A stretch of 64,000 bases of DNA from Chiloscyllium plagiosum (taxonomy: Eukaryota). The DNA is taken from positions 7,553,117 through 7,617,116 of the forward strand of contig NC_057720.1 of assembly GCF_004010195.1 (NCBI RefSeq). The letters are read 5' to 3'. Below, piece after piece: positions 51,638 through 63,644 of the stretch (its first letter is position 1; each line of letters opens with the position of its first letter). The notes under the pieces were generated by a model that saw nothing but the letters and a program-made list of their open reading frames with translations, had not been told where the DNA came from and did not search any database. The translations under genes were made by a program, and so were the position numbers.

Positions 51638-51824
51638 AAAAGCTCAGCAGATCTGGCAGCATCTGTGAAGAGAAATCAAAGTTAACGTTTCGGGTCCGTG
51701 ACCCTTCCTCAGGATGAGATGTTAACCCTGCTTTCTCTTTACAGATGCTGCTAGACCTGCTGAGCTTTTTCACCAACTCCTGTTCTTGTTTCTCATCTCC
51801 AGCATCCGCAGTTCTTTCAGTTTT
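51638..51824. mobile_element. Palindromic Penelope-derived element (P2) inside an S2 SINE, hammerhead core at 51681-51715 (minus)
   Basis: TSD TAATGAAYCAGTTGG at 51623-51637 and 51825-51839; core CUGAGGA-A-GGGUC(ACG)GACCC-GAAA-CG-UU-AAC. Confidence 0.85.
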
Positions 51825-52257
51825 TAATGAACCAGTTGGGTTTTCCCCAACAATCATCAACAATGTCATTGTCATCATTCCACTCTTCATTCCAGATTTG
51901 TTTTTTTTTTAAATTGAATTCTCAAGAGCAACAAGGAACAGGCAATAAATGCTGGCCAGCCAGCAATGGCCACAAATGAATTTTTAAAAATTCAACTTTG
52001 ACCATGGCAGGATTCAAACCAGGTTCCACACTACTTTACCTGGGTCACTGGATTAAAGGTTTAGTGATGACACCACTGGGACATCACTTCCTCTTGCTGA
52101 TCCTGATTAATCTTCAATGTCAAAGCCATTTTCCCACCATAACTCCACATCATTTGGCATTAACGCACAGATTGGGTGCAGAATTAGGCCATTCAACCCC
52201 TCAGGCCTGGTGTGTCAGGTCTGAAAGATGATCTGAGTACTCCACATCCATTCGCAC

Positions 52258-52755
52258 CTCGAGTCATAGAGAAGTACAACACGGAAACAGATCCTTCAGT
52301 CCAACTTGTTCATACCGACCAAATATCCCAAATTAATCCAGTCCCATTTGCCAGCATTTGGCTCACATCTGTCTAAACGTCTCCTATTCATATTCTCATC
52401 CAGATGTCCTTTCAATGCTGTAATTGTACCAGCCTCCACCACATTCTCTGGCAGCTCATTCCATACACGCACCACTCTCTGGGTGAAAAAGTCAACCCTT
52501 AGGTCCCTTTTAAATTTTCCCCCTCTCACCTTAAACTTATGCCCTCAAGTTTTGGACTCTCCTATCTTGGGCAAAGACCTTGGTATTGATCCTATCCATG
52601 CCCCTCATAATTTTGTAAACCTCTATAAGGTCACCCCTCAGCCTCCGATGTTCCAGGGAAAACAACCCCATCGTATTTAACCTCTCCCTGTAGTTCAAAC
52701 CCGCCAACCCTTGCAACACCCTTGTAAATGTTTCTGAACCCTTTCAAGTTTCAAC
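52258..52755 (-). mobile_element. CR1 LINE 3' end
   Basis: LRGDLIEVYKIMRGMDRI; FFTQRVVRVWNELP. Confidence 0.93.
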
Positions 52756-53914
52756 ACCTAATGATAACTTTCTACATTTGGCGTAAAAATATATCTTTAA
52801 GAATTACTGAAGTGAATGACAAAAAATTTGATTGATTTGTGTCTTAAACATACTCATACCATCCACCAATGGAAAGTTACCACTGTAATACTCTCTCCAT
52901 AAGGAGGTATGGAACAGAAAATAGATCTTTCGCTCCCAAAATATGATGTTGAATTTTTTCAGACGCTTTGTTTTAGTTTCATGAACCGTTGCCGTAATTA
53001 AAATAAGCAAACGTATGAGACATATTAACGATGTTTAATAGCACGGACGTCCAAATCTGGATTACATTAAAATGTATGTGAAAGCCCACTCGAAAATGTC
53101 AGAGCAGGCTCAAACCTAGAAATGATCAGTGTCAATCCTGACCCTCTCTGACCTCCAATAACAACAAAACAAAATCTCTTCATGAAAATCGTCAGATGTT
53201 TTTATAGAATTCATCTCAAAGCCTGTGAAAATGTCACATAGAGAATAGAAGAAAGCAGGCCAACCCCGATGCAAATGTGACTGAAAGTGAAAAGACCCCC
53301 ACTTTTAAATACACAGTCAGCGTACCAATGTGCCTTTGTCTGATTGATTCAGTGTATCATTTATCCATGCTATTTTGGAGTTGGAGTCCTATTACTAAAA
53401 TCTCCTTTTTACATTCTTCTTTTGATTTTCCTTCCAGTTAGTGTGAATTTAGACAAGTCGCCTTGGGGATTCATACACAAATGAGTTCCCATCACATTCA
53501 ATAGGATTGGGGCACTGTCTGTCATTCCCATTCTTTATTCTATTTCTTAGTACTTTGGGCGCTGTTTGCAAGACCACATGCACTGTGCCCCCACTATCCC
53601 CCACCTGCCCACCCCCAACCTCCTGCTTTCCTGAGAAGGTGATGGCCATTACTGCATTTACAACTCAACAGCTTGTGCGGCCTTTCCATGGAGCTTTTCA
53701 GAGTCGACACATTGCATATGATTTGAAAGATGGGCTCTATTTCCTCAAGACCAGCTGTAGACTAGTTGGGTTCTAATATCATTGACTGACGCGGCAGAGC
53801 TATGGAAGCCGGGAAATAATACTAGACAGGGCTACCATTTCATGAAGACAACTGGAAGGGACAGGGGATAGCAAGAAATTAGGTGTGTTCAGCAATCAGA
53901 TGGCAGATAATAAA

Positions 53915-55500
53915 GTTAAAGTTAAGGTCGGGTGCATGTGTGTGTGAAGGTATAGAATATGGTGCACAGCTTGGAGAGATACAGATAGCCACATGGAATT
54001 ATAATGTTGTGGTCATAACAAGACTGGGCTCAAAATAGAATAAAAGTCTGTGCATTAAATACTCTTGGACATAATGTATTCAGGAAAGATAGAAAAGGAG
54101 AGGCGGAAGAATGATAGTGGTATTGATTAAGGAGAACATTGCAGTATGGGATAGAGTTGGTCTCATTACAAAATAGGAACAAGAGTAGACTGTTCAGCCC
54201 TTTGACCTTGCTTCACTTTCCAACATAGAGTCATAGTGTCATAGAGATGTACAGGATGGAAACAGACCCTTCGGTCCAACCTGTCCACGCCGACCAGATA
54301 TCCCAACTCAATATAGTCCCACCTGCCAGCATCCGACCCATATCCCTCCAAACCCTTCCTATTCATATACCCATCCAAATGCCTTTTAAATGTTGCAATT
54401 GTACCAACCTCCACAACTTCCTCCGGCAGCTCATTCCATACACATACCACCCCCTGTGAAAATGTTGCCCCTTACGTCTCTTTTATATCTTTCCCCTCTC
54501 ACCTAAACCTATGCTCTCTAATACAGCCGCGACATGACCTCCCAACTCCTGTACTCAATACTCTGACCAATAAAGGAAAGCATACCAAACGTCTTCTTCA
54601 CTATCTTATCTACCTGCGACTCCACTTTCAAGGAGCTATGAACCTGCACTCCAAGGTCTCTTTGTTCAGCAACACTCCCTAGCACCTTACCATTAAGTGT
54701 ATAAGTCCTGCTAAGATTCTCCTTTTTCCTAAGAACTAAGTGGACTAATAGCATGAAAGAAACAACTTTCATTTCTGAATGTCCATGCCCCACTGGTGAA
54801 AACAAACGTTTCAATAATGGTTGGACTGTTCAGAAGAACCAATTGAAACCTTACAACATGCACAACCTTTGTTCCCAGACAAGACTGAATGTGACTGATA
54901 TTTTAAAACAGTCAAATGTAGCATCTCTTGGAACTGCCTGTTACCTGAATGTTACAATATTCACAGATTGCTAGTTTGCAAAGCACAAAATGGATATAAA
55001 AGGAGATTTTGTCACAAGTGGATCAAGAGTCAAGAGGGGAACATCTAGGGGACTTTGATCATTGTATCATAAGGTTATGGTTGGGTACGAAAAGCAACAA
55101 ATCAAAATCTGAAACTAAAAATAATTGACTTGATGGAAAGCCCAACTTCAATGGGGTAAAAATGGGTTTTACACAACTGGAATCAAAGATTACAGTAATT
55201 GAACATTGCGCTGTCTTTAAAGCATTGAATAGAGTCAAAGTATATTTCCACAAAGGGGAAAGGTATTCCAAATAAATCTAAAAGTTTTGAGGAAGTGAGG
55301 AAGGTTAAGATGAAGCAGTGAAAGTCTGCTTATGAGAGATGTCAAGCAGAATAATACAATTGAGAAACAGGCCAAAAATAGAAGGTTTGGAGGGGAATTG
55401 AATCAGGTAAGAGAATCAAAGAGGGAACATGAAAAGAGACCAGCAACCAACAAAAAGAAGAGGATCCCAGATTTTCTCTATGATTACATACTGTAAACAG
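53915..55500 (+). mobile_element. Ancient CR1 endonuclease/linker remnants (53915-54150, 55020-55500)
   Basis: QIATWNYNVVVIT...GHNVFRKDRKG...LIKENIAV; EHLGDFDHCIIRL. Confidence 0.65.
54225..54720 (-). mobile_element. CR1 (HER1-like) 3' fragment with internal deletion near 54520
   Basis: Colinear with 45890-46650 except for a ~280-bp segment missing at CTATGCTCTCTA|ATACAGCCGC. Confidence 0.9.
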
Positions 55501-55529
55501 GTGGCACATGGCACAGACATCAACTGGTT

Positions 55530-55885
55530 ATGTCAATGTTTCATTTGTCCAAGAGTGGATGTAGAGAAGATGTTTCTACTTGTAGGAGAGACTGGGGCCT
55601 GAGGCAATAGTCTCAGAGTGCAAGGATAACCCTTTACAGCTGAGATAAGGAGGTATTTCTTCAGCCAAAGGGCAGTGAATCTGTGAAACTCATTGCCACA
55701 GAAGGCTCTGGAGGACAAATCATTTAGTGCACTTAAGACAGAAATGGATAGATTTGTGATTACTAAGGGGATCTATAGGGACAAGGCGGTAAAATGGGTT
55801 AGGAAACACATCAGCCATGATTGGATGGTGGAGCAAACACGATGGGCCGAAAGATCTAATTCTTCTCCTATACCTTATGGTCTAT
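55530..55885 (+). mobile_element. Old CR1 3' end
   Basis: RVDVEKMFLLVGE...EIRRYFFSQRAVNL*NSLPQKA. Confidence 0.8.
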
Positions 55886-56319
55886 CACGAATAGAATGCT
55901 CACATCATAATCCAATATTCAACTCATACCATTTACCTCGACAGTTTTAATTCCACTGGACTACACCAGAAATGTGAAGCTTCGGTGGCACTAACCTTGT
56001 GCTAAACTGCGAGATTACCATCACAGTATTAATGTTTTTAGAATGAACCATTGCTTTATAAATTCAATTTTCTAGATTGGATACTCTGGTGTTCAGTGTA
56101 TAAGGATAGTGTGTGCAACTAATCAGAACCCCGCACTTTGGGCAATGCATTTTTCCCAGATACACTGACAAAATTCAGTGCTTGTGAGGCAGAAGACAAG
56201 TACATTGCATACTACGTCACACTCCCTTTAAACAAGACAGCACCGGGTTTAACACTGAGGTGAGCAACAGGAGATTCACTGAAGTGCCATATTATATTGT
56301 AGCAATGTTCAACCATTCT

Positions 56320-57690
56320 CTTAGAGTCATAGAGTCACACAGCATGGAAACAAGCCCTTCAGTCCAACTCATCCATGCTAACCAACTTTCCCAAACGAGT
56401 CCCTTTTGCGTGCCATGTCCCTCCAAACCTTTCCGATTCAAATGTTTTTTAAAATGTTGTTACTGTACCCACATCTACCACTTCCTGGGGCAGCTCATTC
56501 AACACACAAACCACCCTCTGTGTGAAAAAGTTGCCTCTCATATACTTTTTGAGTCTTTCTCCTCTCAACTTAAAAATATGGCCCCTAGTTTTGAACTCTC
56601 TGACACTAGGGAAAAGATCTTTGCTGTTCCCTTCATCTTTGTCACTCATGATTTTATAAACTTCTATAAGGTCATCCCTCAATTTCCTACACTCCAGTGA
56701 CAAAAAGTCCCATCCTATCCAAAATCTCATGATACCTAAACTCTCCAGTCCCGATAACATCCTGGAAAATCTTTTTTGCACTCTTTGCATTTTAATAATA
56801 TCCTTCCTAAACCAGGGTACACAGTACTCCAAAAGTGGCCCCACCAATGTCCTGTACCATCACAATATGACACCCCAACTCCTGTGGTCAATAGTCTGAG
56901 CAATGAAGGCAAGCATGCCAAATGCCTTCTTCACCCCCACCATCTATCTGTCATGCAGCTTTCAAAGAACTAGGTCTCTCTGTTCGACAACACTCCCCAG
57001 GGCCCTACCATCAACTGTATAAGTCCTGCCCTTGTTCATTTTACCAAAATGTAGCACCTCACATTCATCTAAATTAAAGTCTATCTGCCACTCCGTGGCC
57101 CACTTCCCCAATTAGAACATAAAACATTATAGCGCAGAACAAGCCCTTCAGCCCTCGATGTTGCGCTGAACTGTGAACTAATTTAAGCCCATACCCCTGC
57201 ACTATCCCATCATCATCCAAGGACTGTTTAAATGCCCTTAATGTGGCTGAGTTTACTACATTGGCAAGTAGGGCATTCCATGCCCTTACCCCTCTCTGAG
57301 TAAAGAACCTGCCTCTGACAGCTGTCTTAAATCGATCACCCCTCAATTTGTAGCTATGCCCCCTCCTACAAGCTGATGTCATATCCGAGGAAAAAGACTT
57401 TCACTGTCTACCCTATCTAATCGTCTGATCATCTTGTATGTCTCTATCAAATCCACTCTTCGCCTTGTTCCTTCCAATGAGAACAGACCCAAGTCTCTCA
57501 GTCTTGTTCCTTCCAATGAGAACAGACCCAAGTCTCCTCATAAAACCTTCCCTCCAGACCTGGCAATATCCTGGTAAATCTCCTCTTGTGCCTTTTACAA
57601 TGCTTCCACATCCTTCCTGGTAATGGGGCGACTAGAACTGTACAAGATCTGTAATTGATCAAGATCTCTTTGTAATCTGAGATACCACAC
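56320..57690 (-). mobile_element. CR1 fragment (56320-57110, 57652-57690) with a second CR1 nested at ~57112-57650
   Basis: LRDDLIEVYKIM..FFTQRVVCVLNELP; nested copy GRFFTQRGVRAWNAL with AGAACAT tail; 39-bp tandem duplication at 57464-57537. Confidence 0.85.
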
Positions 57691-58362
57691 AGAATTTTGC
57701 AAGCAGCCATTCGTTTTTCTGTTTACTAATTCACAAACTTTTTGCAGGTCCCTGTTCTCAAGTGCTCCTTGGTGGATCTCTTTGTAATCTCAGAAGGTTA
57801 TCTAAGATTACAAAGTGACCTATACTCCAGAGAAAAGCAGGAAAGCCAGCTCCTCCTGCACCTTTTTGTGGAACCAGCCTTGGCAGTCCGGCTACACCGC
57901 AAAGACAGAGATTCAGGGGGAGCTGGCACCCGAATTGGCATGAGATACAAACTACTTTCCGCAAGGACTAACCTGAGGAATGGCCTTTCAAGGGGCCATG
58001 GCAGATTCACTGGGAAAAACACACCCCAGCGGCTTAGTATTGCAAGCATTATCCACATCCTGAGTGACAATCAACAACAACAGCTTGTGCCTTTATCACA
58101 GTGAAACAGACAAGGCAAAAAGACCACACTGGACAAGCCCAGTGATGCTCACAGCCTCTGAAAGAACACCGAACAAAAACAAGTATAAAAAGACAGCCTG
58201 ATCTCAGATATCAAGCAACATTTATCGGGCAAAGTTGAGTTTTCCTTTTTATTAATTTGACATGGAGTCTTCTGAAGCAGTCCTTGATAGACTCCCCATG
58301 ATGCACCCTTCAATAAAACAAACTCATTCCCAGTGAGCAAAGAAGTAAACAAATGTTTGATC

Positions 58363-58744
58363 AATTCATCATTTCCTGATGAAGGGCTTTTGCTTGAAAC
58401 GTCGATGTCCCTGCTCCTCGGATGCTGCCTGACCTGCTGTGCTTTTCCAGCACCACACTAATCTTGACTCTGACCTCCAGCATCTGCAGTCCTCACTTTC
58501 GCCCAAATGTTTGATCTGCTCATTTCTAGGAGAAACTGAGGACTGCAGATGCTGGAGATCAGAGTCAAGATTAGTGTGGTGCTGGAAAAGTGCAGCAGGT
58601 CAGGCAGCATCCAAGGACCAGGAGAATCGACGTTTAGGGCATAAGCGGGGATTCCTGAAGAAGGGCTTATGCCCGGAACGTCGATTCTCCTGTTCCTTGG
58701 ATGCTGCCTGACCTGCTGCGCTTTTCCAGCAACACATTTTCAGC
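58363..58744. mobile_element. Two adjacent independent P1 insertions (58363-58503 single arm; 58529-58744 palindrome) with hammerhead motifs at 58376-58403 and 58655-58682 (+)
   Basis: TSD1 CAAATGTTTGATC at 58350-58362 and 58504-58516; TSD2 TCTGYTCATTTCTA at 58515-58528 and 58745-58758. Confidence 0.88.
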
Positions 58745-60321
58745 TCTGTTCATTTCTAATCTGCTTGACTAGAAGAAAATAGAGTTAAAGAAAATTACGA
58801 TATTTTCTTTACCAAGTGTGACTTTTGAAAAAAAAATTCTTTCCTCCTCTGAGATTGAGTTCACACTCTACCAAGGAGTGCTTGGGAACAGTGACATGCA
58901 GAAGGTTTGTGAGTTAATAAACAGAAAAACGAATCCCTGCTTGCAAAATGCTGTGTGGTATCTCAGATCAGGCTGTGCTGTAAGAAGGTGTAACTCCTGG
59001 TCATCCCTTTGTCACGATAACAATCCTCCTCTTCTCCCATTCTGTCTGCGTTTTCAACAGAACGTGCAAAGCAGCAAAAACAGTAACTACAACCCTCCCC
59101 TGAACTCATTTGAAAATTCATGGCACAAAAGGAGGTCAGGCCTCATAATGGGGAAAAAAAAATACTGAATCTCATAAAACAATCTGCTTACATGCATTCG
59201 AGATCAAGAGCATTATCAATGGCAGGTGACCTTTAGAGGTTGCACAACATAGCTTGCATGTGTACTGGGAGCGGCAGACAGAAACCTTTGACAGGAGGAA
59301 GACATTTTCAGAGTGTGACAGCAAGCAGCTTTCCCTGGCCAGATAGGCTTGATCTTTTGTTTCGCACCCAGAGACTTGAGACAAAGCACTTTGGGAGGGG
59401 AGAATAATAAAACAGTCCAACTACGATTGCAATCTCGATCAATTCTTACCGCTCTTTAAGCTGCAAAGGGAAAATGCCAATTGGTCAAGTACGTCCAAGC
59501 AAAAATCAAAACCTACATCTCAATCCCGTCTCATTAAAATTAAGTAAATAACACAAGTTGCATCGATTCAACTAAGTCCAGGGGCAGGTTGCTTAGCCCC
59601 TTAAGCCTGCTCCACTGTTCAATAGGATTGTGGTTGATTCGACGTTCCTCATGTCCATTCATCTGCCCTTCCCTCATAACTCTTGATTCTTCTTTCTGAT
59701 TAAGAATCTATCCGTGTCATCCAGGTACAGAAAGAAAGCAGAAGCTTGGCACTTGGTAATGATACTCGTTTGAAGAGCTAGTGCAGACATGACGGGCTGA
59801 GTGGCTCCTTTTGCACCATAGCAGTTCTGTGATTCTGGGGATCCTGGCCAACACTTATCTCTCAAACAACATTGCACTAATCATCAAAAATGTTGTGGGA
59901 CTGAAGAATGTGTATATTGGCTGTTGTCCTAACGTGTATTATACGGAAATGCAAGATCTCTGTTTCCTTTTCCTCATGACCTTATGCTGTTCTTTTGTTC
60001 TGGGCTGTGAACATCAAATGGCCTCTTCTGCACCAGAACAATACTGTCATTCTGGGATTTGACCAAACAGCACCCGCTTCTCATGCTGCATAAACTGGTG
60101 TTCTCTTTCAAATTTAATGTCTAGCACCCCAGTCCTGATGAGTGAGGATCTAAAAGCTTTTGACTTTGTTTCTTTGTATTTTAGTAACGTTTAAGTTCTG
60201 TGCTGCCAAGCAGTTACAGAAGGTGACCTGACCACACTCTCCTTCCACCACTGACACATTGTGGCAGGAGTGTCTACCATCTATAAGATGCACTGCAGCA
60301 ACTCACCGCTCTTTCAACACA

Positions 60322-61207
60322 GGGGGAAAGTGAAGACTGCAGATGCTGGAGATCAGAGTCGAAGAGTGTGGTGCTGGAAAAGCACAGCCGGTCAGGCAGC
60401 ATTTGAGGAGCAGGAGAGTCAACGTTTCAAGCATGAGCTCTTCATCAGGAATGAGGTTTGTGGGCCAAGGGGGCTGAGAGATAAATGGGAAGGGGGTGGG
60501 GAGAAGTTAGCTGGGAATGCGATAGGTAGATGGAGGTGGAGGAGAAGGTGATAGGTCGGAGAGGAGGTTGGAGCAGATAGGTGGGACGGAAGACGGACAG
60601 GTAGGACCATCCTAGAGGGCGGTGCCAAGTTGGAAGGTTGGGACTGGACAAGGTGGGGGGACGGGAAAAGGGAAAAGGGAAAACTGGTGAAATCCACATT
60701 GATCCCCTGTGGTTAGAGGGTCCCAAGGCAGAAGATGAGGCGTTCTTCTTCCAGGTGTCAGCTTGTGAGGGTTTGGCGATGGAGGAGGCCTGCATGTCCT
60801 TGATGGAGTGGGAGGGAGAGTTGAAGTGTTCAGCCACGGGGCAGTGGGGTTGTTGGTGCGGGTGTCCCAGAGATGTTCTCTGAAATGATCCGCATGTTGG
60901 CATCCTGTCTGCCCGATGTAGAGGAGACCACATTGGGTGCAACGGACACAGGAGATGACATGTGTGGAAGTACAGGTAAATTTCTGTCAGGTGTGGGAGG
61001 TTCCTTTGGAGCCTTGGAAGGAGGTGAGGGGGGTGGTATGGGTGCAGGGTTTACACTTCTTGCGATGGCAGGGGACGGTGCGGGGAGGGGAGGGTGGGTT
61101 ATGGGGGGAGGGTAGGGTGGGGGGTTCTGTCCTTATTGCAGTTGGAGGGGTGGGATTCAAGGGTGGAGGTGCGGGAAGTGAAGGGCATCATCAACCACGT
61201 GGCAGAG
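60322..61207 (-). mobile_element. Penelope-like retroelement (GIY-YIG plus terminus) with 12-bp TSD, inserted in LINE B; hammerhead core at 60421-60448
   Basis: PVAEHFNSPSHSIKDMQ; TSD TCTTTCAACACA at 60310-60321 and 61208-61219; CUGAUGA-A-GAGC(UCAU)GCUU-GAAA-CG-UU-GAC. Confidence 0.92.
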
Positions 61208-61459
61208 TCTTTCAACACAACCTATTAAAGGTGCAATCACGAACACCTAGAAGGACAGGAGCAGCAGTTACATGAGAACTCCATAAGCCACAGGATCCCT
61301 TCCAAGCCACACACCATTCTGACTTGGAAATATATCACCGTTCCTTCAGGATCGCTGCATCAAAATCCTGGGACTCCCTCACCAACAGTACCGCAAGGGC
61401 TGCAGCAATTCAGGACAGGGCTCATCACCACCTTCTCTCGGGAAACTCGGGATGAGCAA

Positions 61460-61710
61460 CATGGCTTGGAGAGGGTAGACGCTAGGAAATTGTTTCCGTT
61501 AGGTGAGGAGACTAGGACCCGTGGGGGATGCTAAATGTCTTCAAGGCAGAAATTGATAAATTCTTGATGTCACAAGGAATTAAGGGCTACGGGGAGAATG
61601 CGGGTAAGTGGAGTTGAAATGCCCATCAGCCATGATTGAATGGCAGAGTGGACTCGATGGGCCGAATGGCCTTACTTCCGCTCCTATGTCTTATGGTCTT
61701 ATGGTCTTAA
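61460..61710 (+). mobile_element. CR1 3' end with internal deletion and (CTTATGGT)n tail
   Basis: LERVDARKLFPLGEETRTRG joined directly to LNVFKAEIDKFL. Confidence 0.8.
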
Positions 61711-62288
61711 GTGTGGGGCCTGACCAGCAACATTCAATAAAAGTATAATTTTTAAGAAATGGTGGGCAGCAACAATTGCTTCCTGATGTGGTCATGTAGG
61801 GAAGCCAATTTTTGTAAAATAATTGCTCCGGGAATAAGGAGCACATCAAAAGTCATTGAAGGGGAGGAAAGACTGAGTGTGGTCACCTCACTCAACAAGC
61901 TGCTGAGTAATCTTGGTACACAGCTTTCGAGAGTTTATCCAGCACTGCAAGAAAAGACTTGTCTGACTTGCACCTCTACATTCCTCAGCACCACCTGAGC
62001 ATTGCTGCTTTAACAAAACACTTAAACATCAGATTAATCGGCTAAAAAAATGCTTTGAACTTTAAAAAGCGAGCCAAGTTAAAGTGAACTGTAAAGGTGT
62101 GTTCAAGAGATCTGACTAAAGATGAAACAAAGTTCGAGGGCAGAGTAGATGGAAATCCAAGCTGCTAGCAAAATTATTTGTTCAGTGACTTACACTTTGC
62201 AGCACTAAGTTAGCTCAGTTAGCTGGATGGTTGACTTGAGATACAGAAAGATACCAACAGCTTGTGTTCAATTCCTTGACTCGCACTG

Positions 62289-63460
62289 AACATATCTATG
62301 TCATTTTGTGAACTCTTGCATGGTCCTTATAATTGTCTTTCGGACCTATTCCTGTGTTGTTAGTACATTTGGTTCCTTCACCCAAGTTACATACAGGTCA
62401 TTCGGCTATAACATGCGTTCCATTAACATGAATTCGCAATAACATGATTGACGAATTAGGGACTCTGTTTCTAAGGTGTGAGGTTTTAAAGCGTGTATTG
62501 GTTAGAATGCGATTCCAACCCCATTAGTTTAAATGGTGCTGCTATTACATGATTTCCTTATAACACGGGACTGCACGAAAATGGAACTCATTCGTTATAG
62601 AAGAACGGACTATATTTTGAACAATTGGAAGCCCAACACTGGTCCCCAAGCGAGTCCGTTTGCCACAAGAATCAGTCTAGGGGCTTTGCTTTGAACTCAA
62701 TATTGAGGTCCTACCTGTTTAACCTTCCTCCTCATCTGAGATTTGGTGACTCTGGGTTTAAACGTACCACCAGTTGTATCCCTCTAATGAGTGGTGCAGG
62801 ACTATTCTGACTTTATCTTTGCTTACATTACCCACTTGTATAAGACACTGTTTCACCCATAAAGGTAGCCATACATTTAGCTCCCAAAGTCCTCAGATCT
62901 GGCATCCTGCTCCTTGGATGCTGTCTGACCTGCTGAGCTTTTCCAGCTTTGCATCTGTTGACTCTGGCTTCCAGCATTTCCAATCCTTACTGTCTCCTAA
63001 GATCTGGAATTCTTTCTTTAAACCTCTCTGTGTTTCCCACTTGCTTCACAGCAAAGCCCCTAGACTGATTCTTGTGGCAAACTGACTCGCGTGGGGACCA
63101 GTGTTGGGCTTCCAAATGTTCAAAATACAGTCAGTTCTTCTATAAAGTGGTAGTTCTGTTCTCTTGCAATCCAGTGTTATACGAAAATCGTGTAATACCA
63201 GCACCCTTTAAACCAATGAGGCCAGAATCACATCATAACCAATACACGCTTTAGAACTTCACACTTTAGAAACAGTGTGCCCAGTATTTCAATTGTGTTA
63301 TAGCGAATTTGTGTTAATGAAACGCATGTTCTAGCAGAACAACCTGTCTGTAACTTGGGTGAAGGGACCTAATGCAGCCAAAGTGCTAACTACACAGGAA
63401 TAGATAGGAAAGACAGTTATAAGGACCATGCAAGAATTCACAAAGTGACATAGATATGTT
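62289..63460. repeat. Inverted duplication: arms 62289-62695 and 63045-63460, each containing a MITE (62394-62611; 63128-63346)
   Basis: Arm ends AACATATCTATGTCA / TGACATAGATATGTT and GCCACAAGAATCAGTCTAGGGGCTTTGCT / AGCAAAGCCCCTAGACTGATTCTTGTGGC. Confidence 0.92.
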
Positions 63461-63644
63461 AAGGGAGTGGGGTAAAATATCAATGAAGGGACCTAAAGTT
63501 ACTCTGCGCTTCACTGGAGTGTCAGAGGCTGAGGGCTGACCTGATGGAAATATATAAAATGATGACAGGCATGGATAGGGTGGATGGTCAGAGACTTATT
63601 ATTAAACATTTATGCTTGATCTGTCATTAATTAACCAGACAAGG

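Noticed and set aside
57742..58104. 120-aa ORF behind a good acceptor
   Set aside because: Includes a CR1-derived EGYLRLQ segment; the remainder loosely resembles a decayed Tx1/L1 C-terminus and no host protein is recognised
58097..58123. RSS-like CACAGTG followed by GCAAAAAGA
   Set aside because: Spacer is 11 bp, nonamer matches 6/9, and there is no V/D/J-like coding sequence upstream
59030..59420. Candidate exons at ~59061 (+) and 59191-59387 (-)
   Set aside because: Splice-like signals occur on both strands but there is no recognisable peptide or frame-preserving pairing; indistinguishable from pseudo-exons
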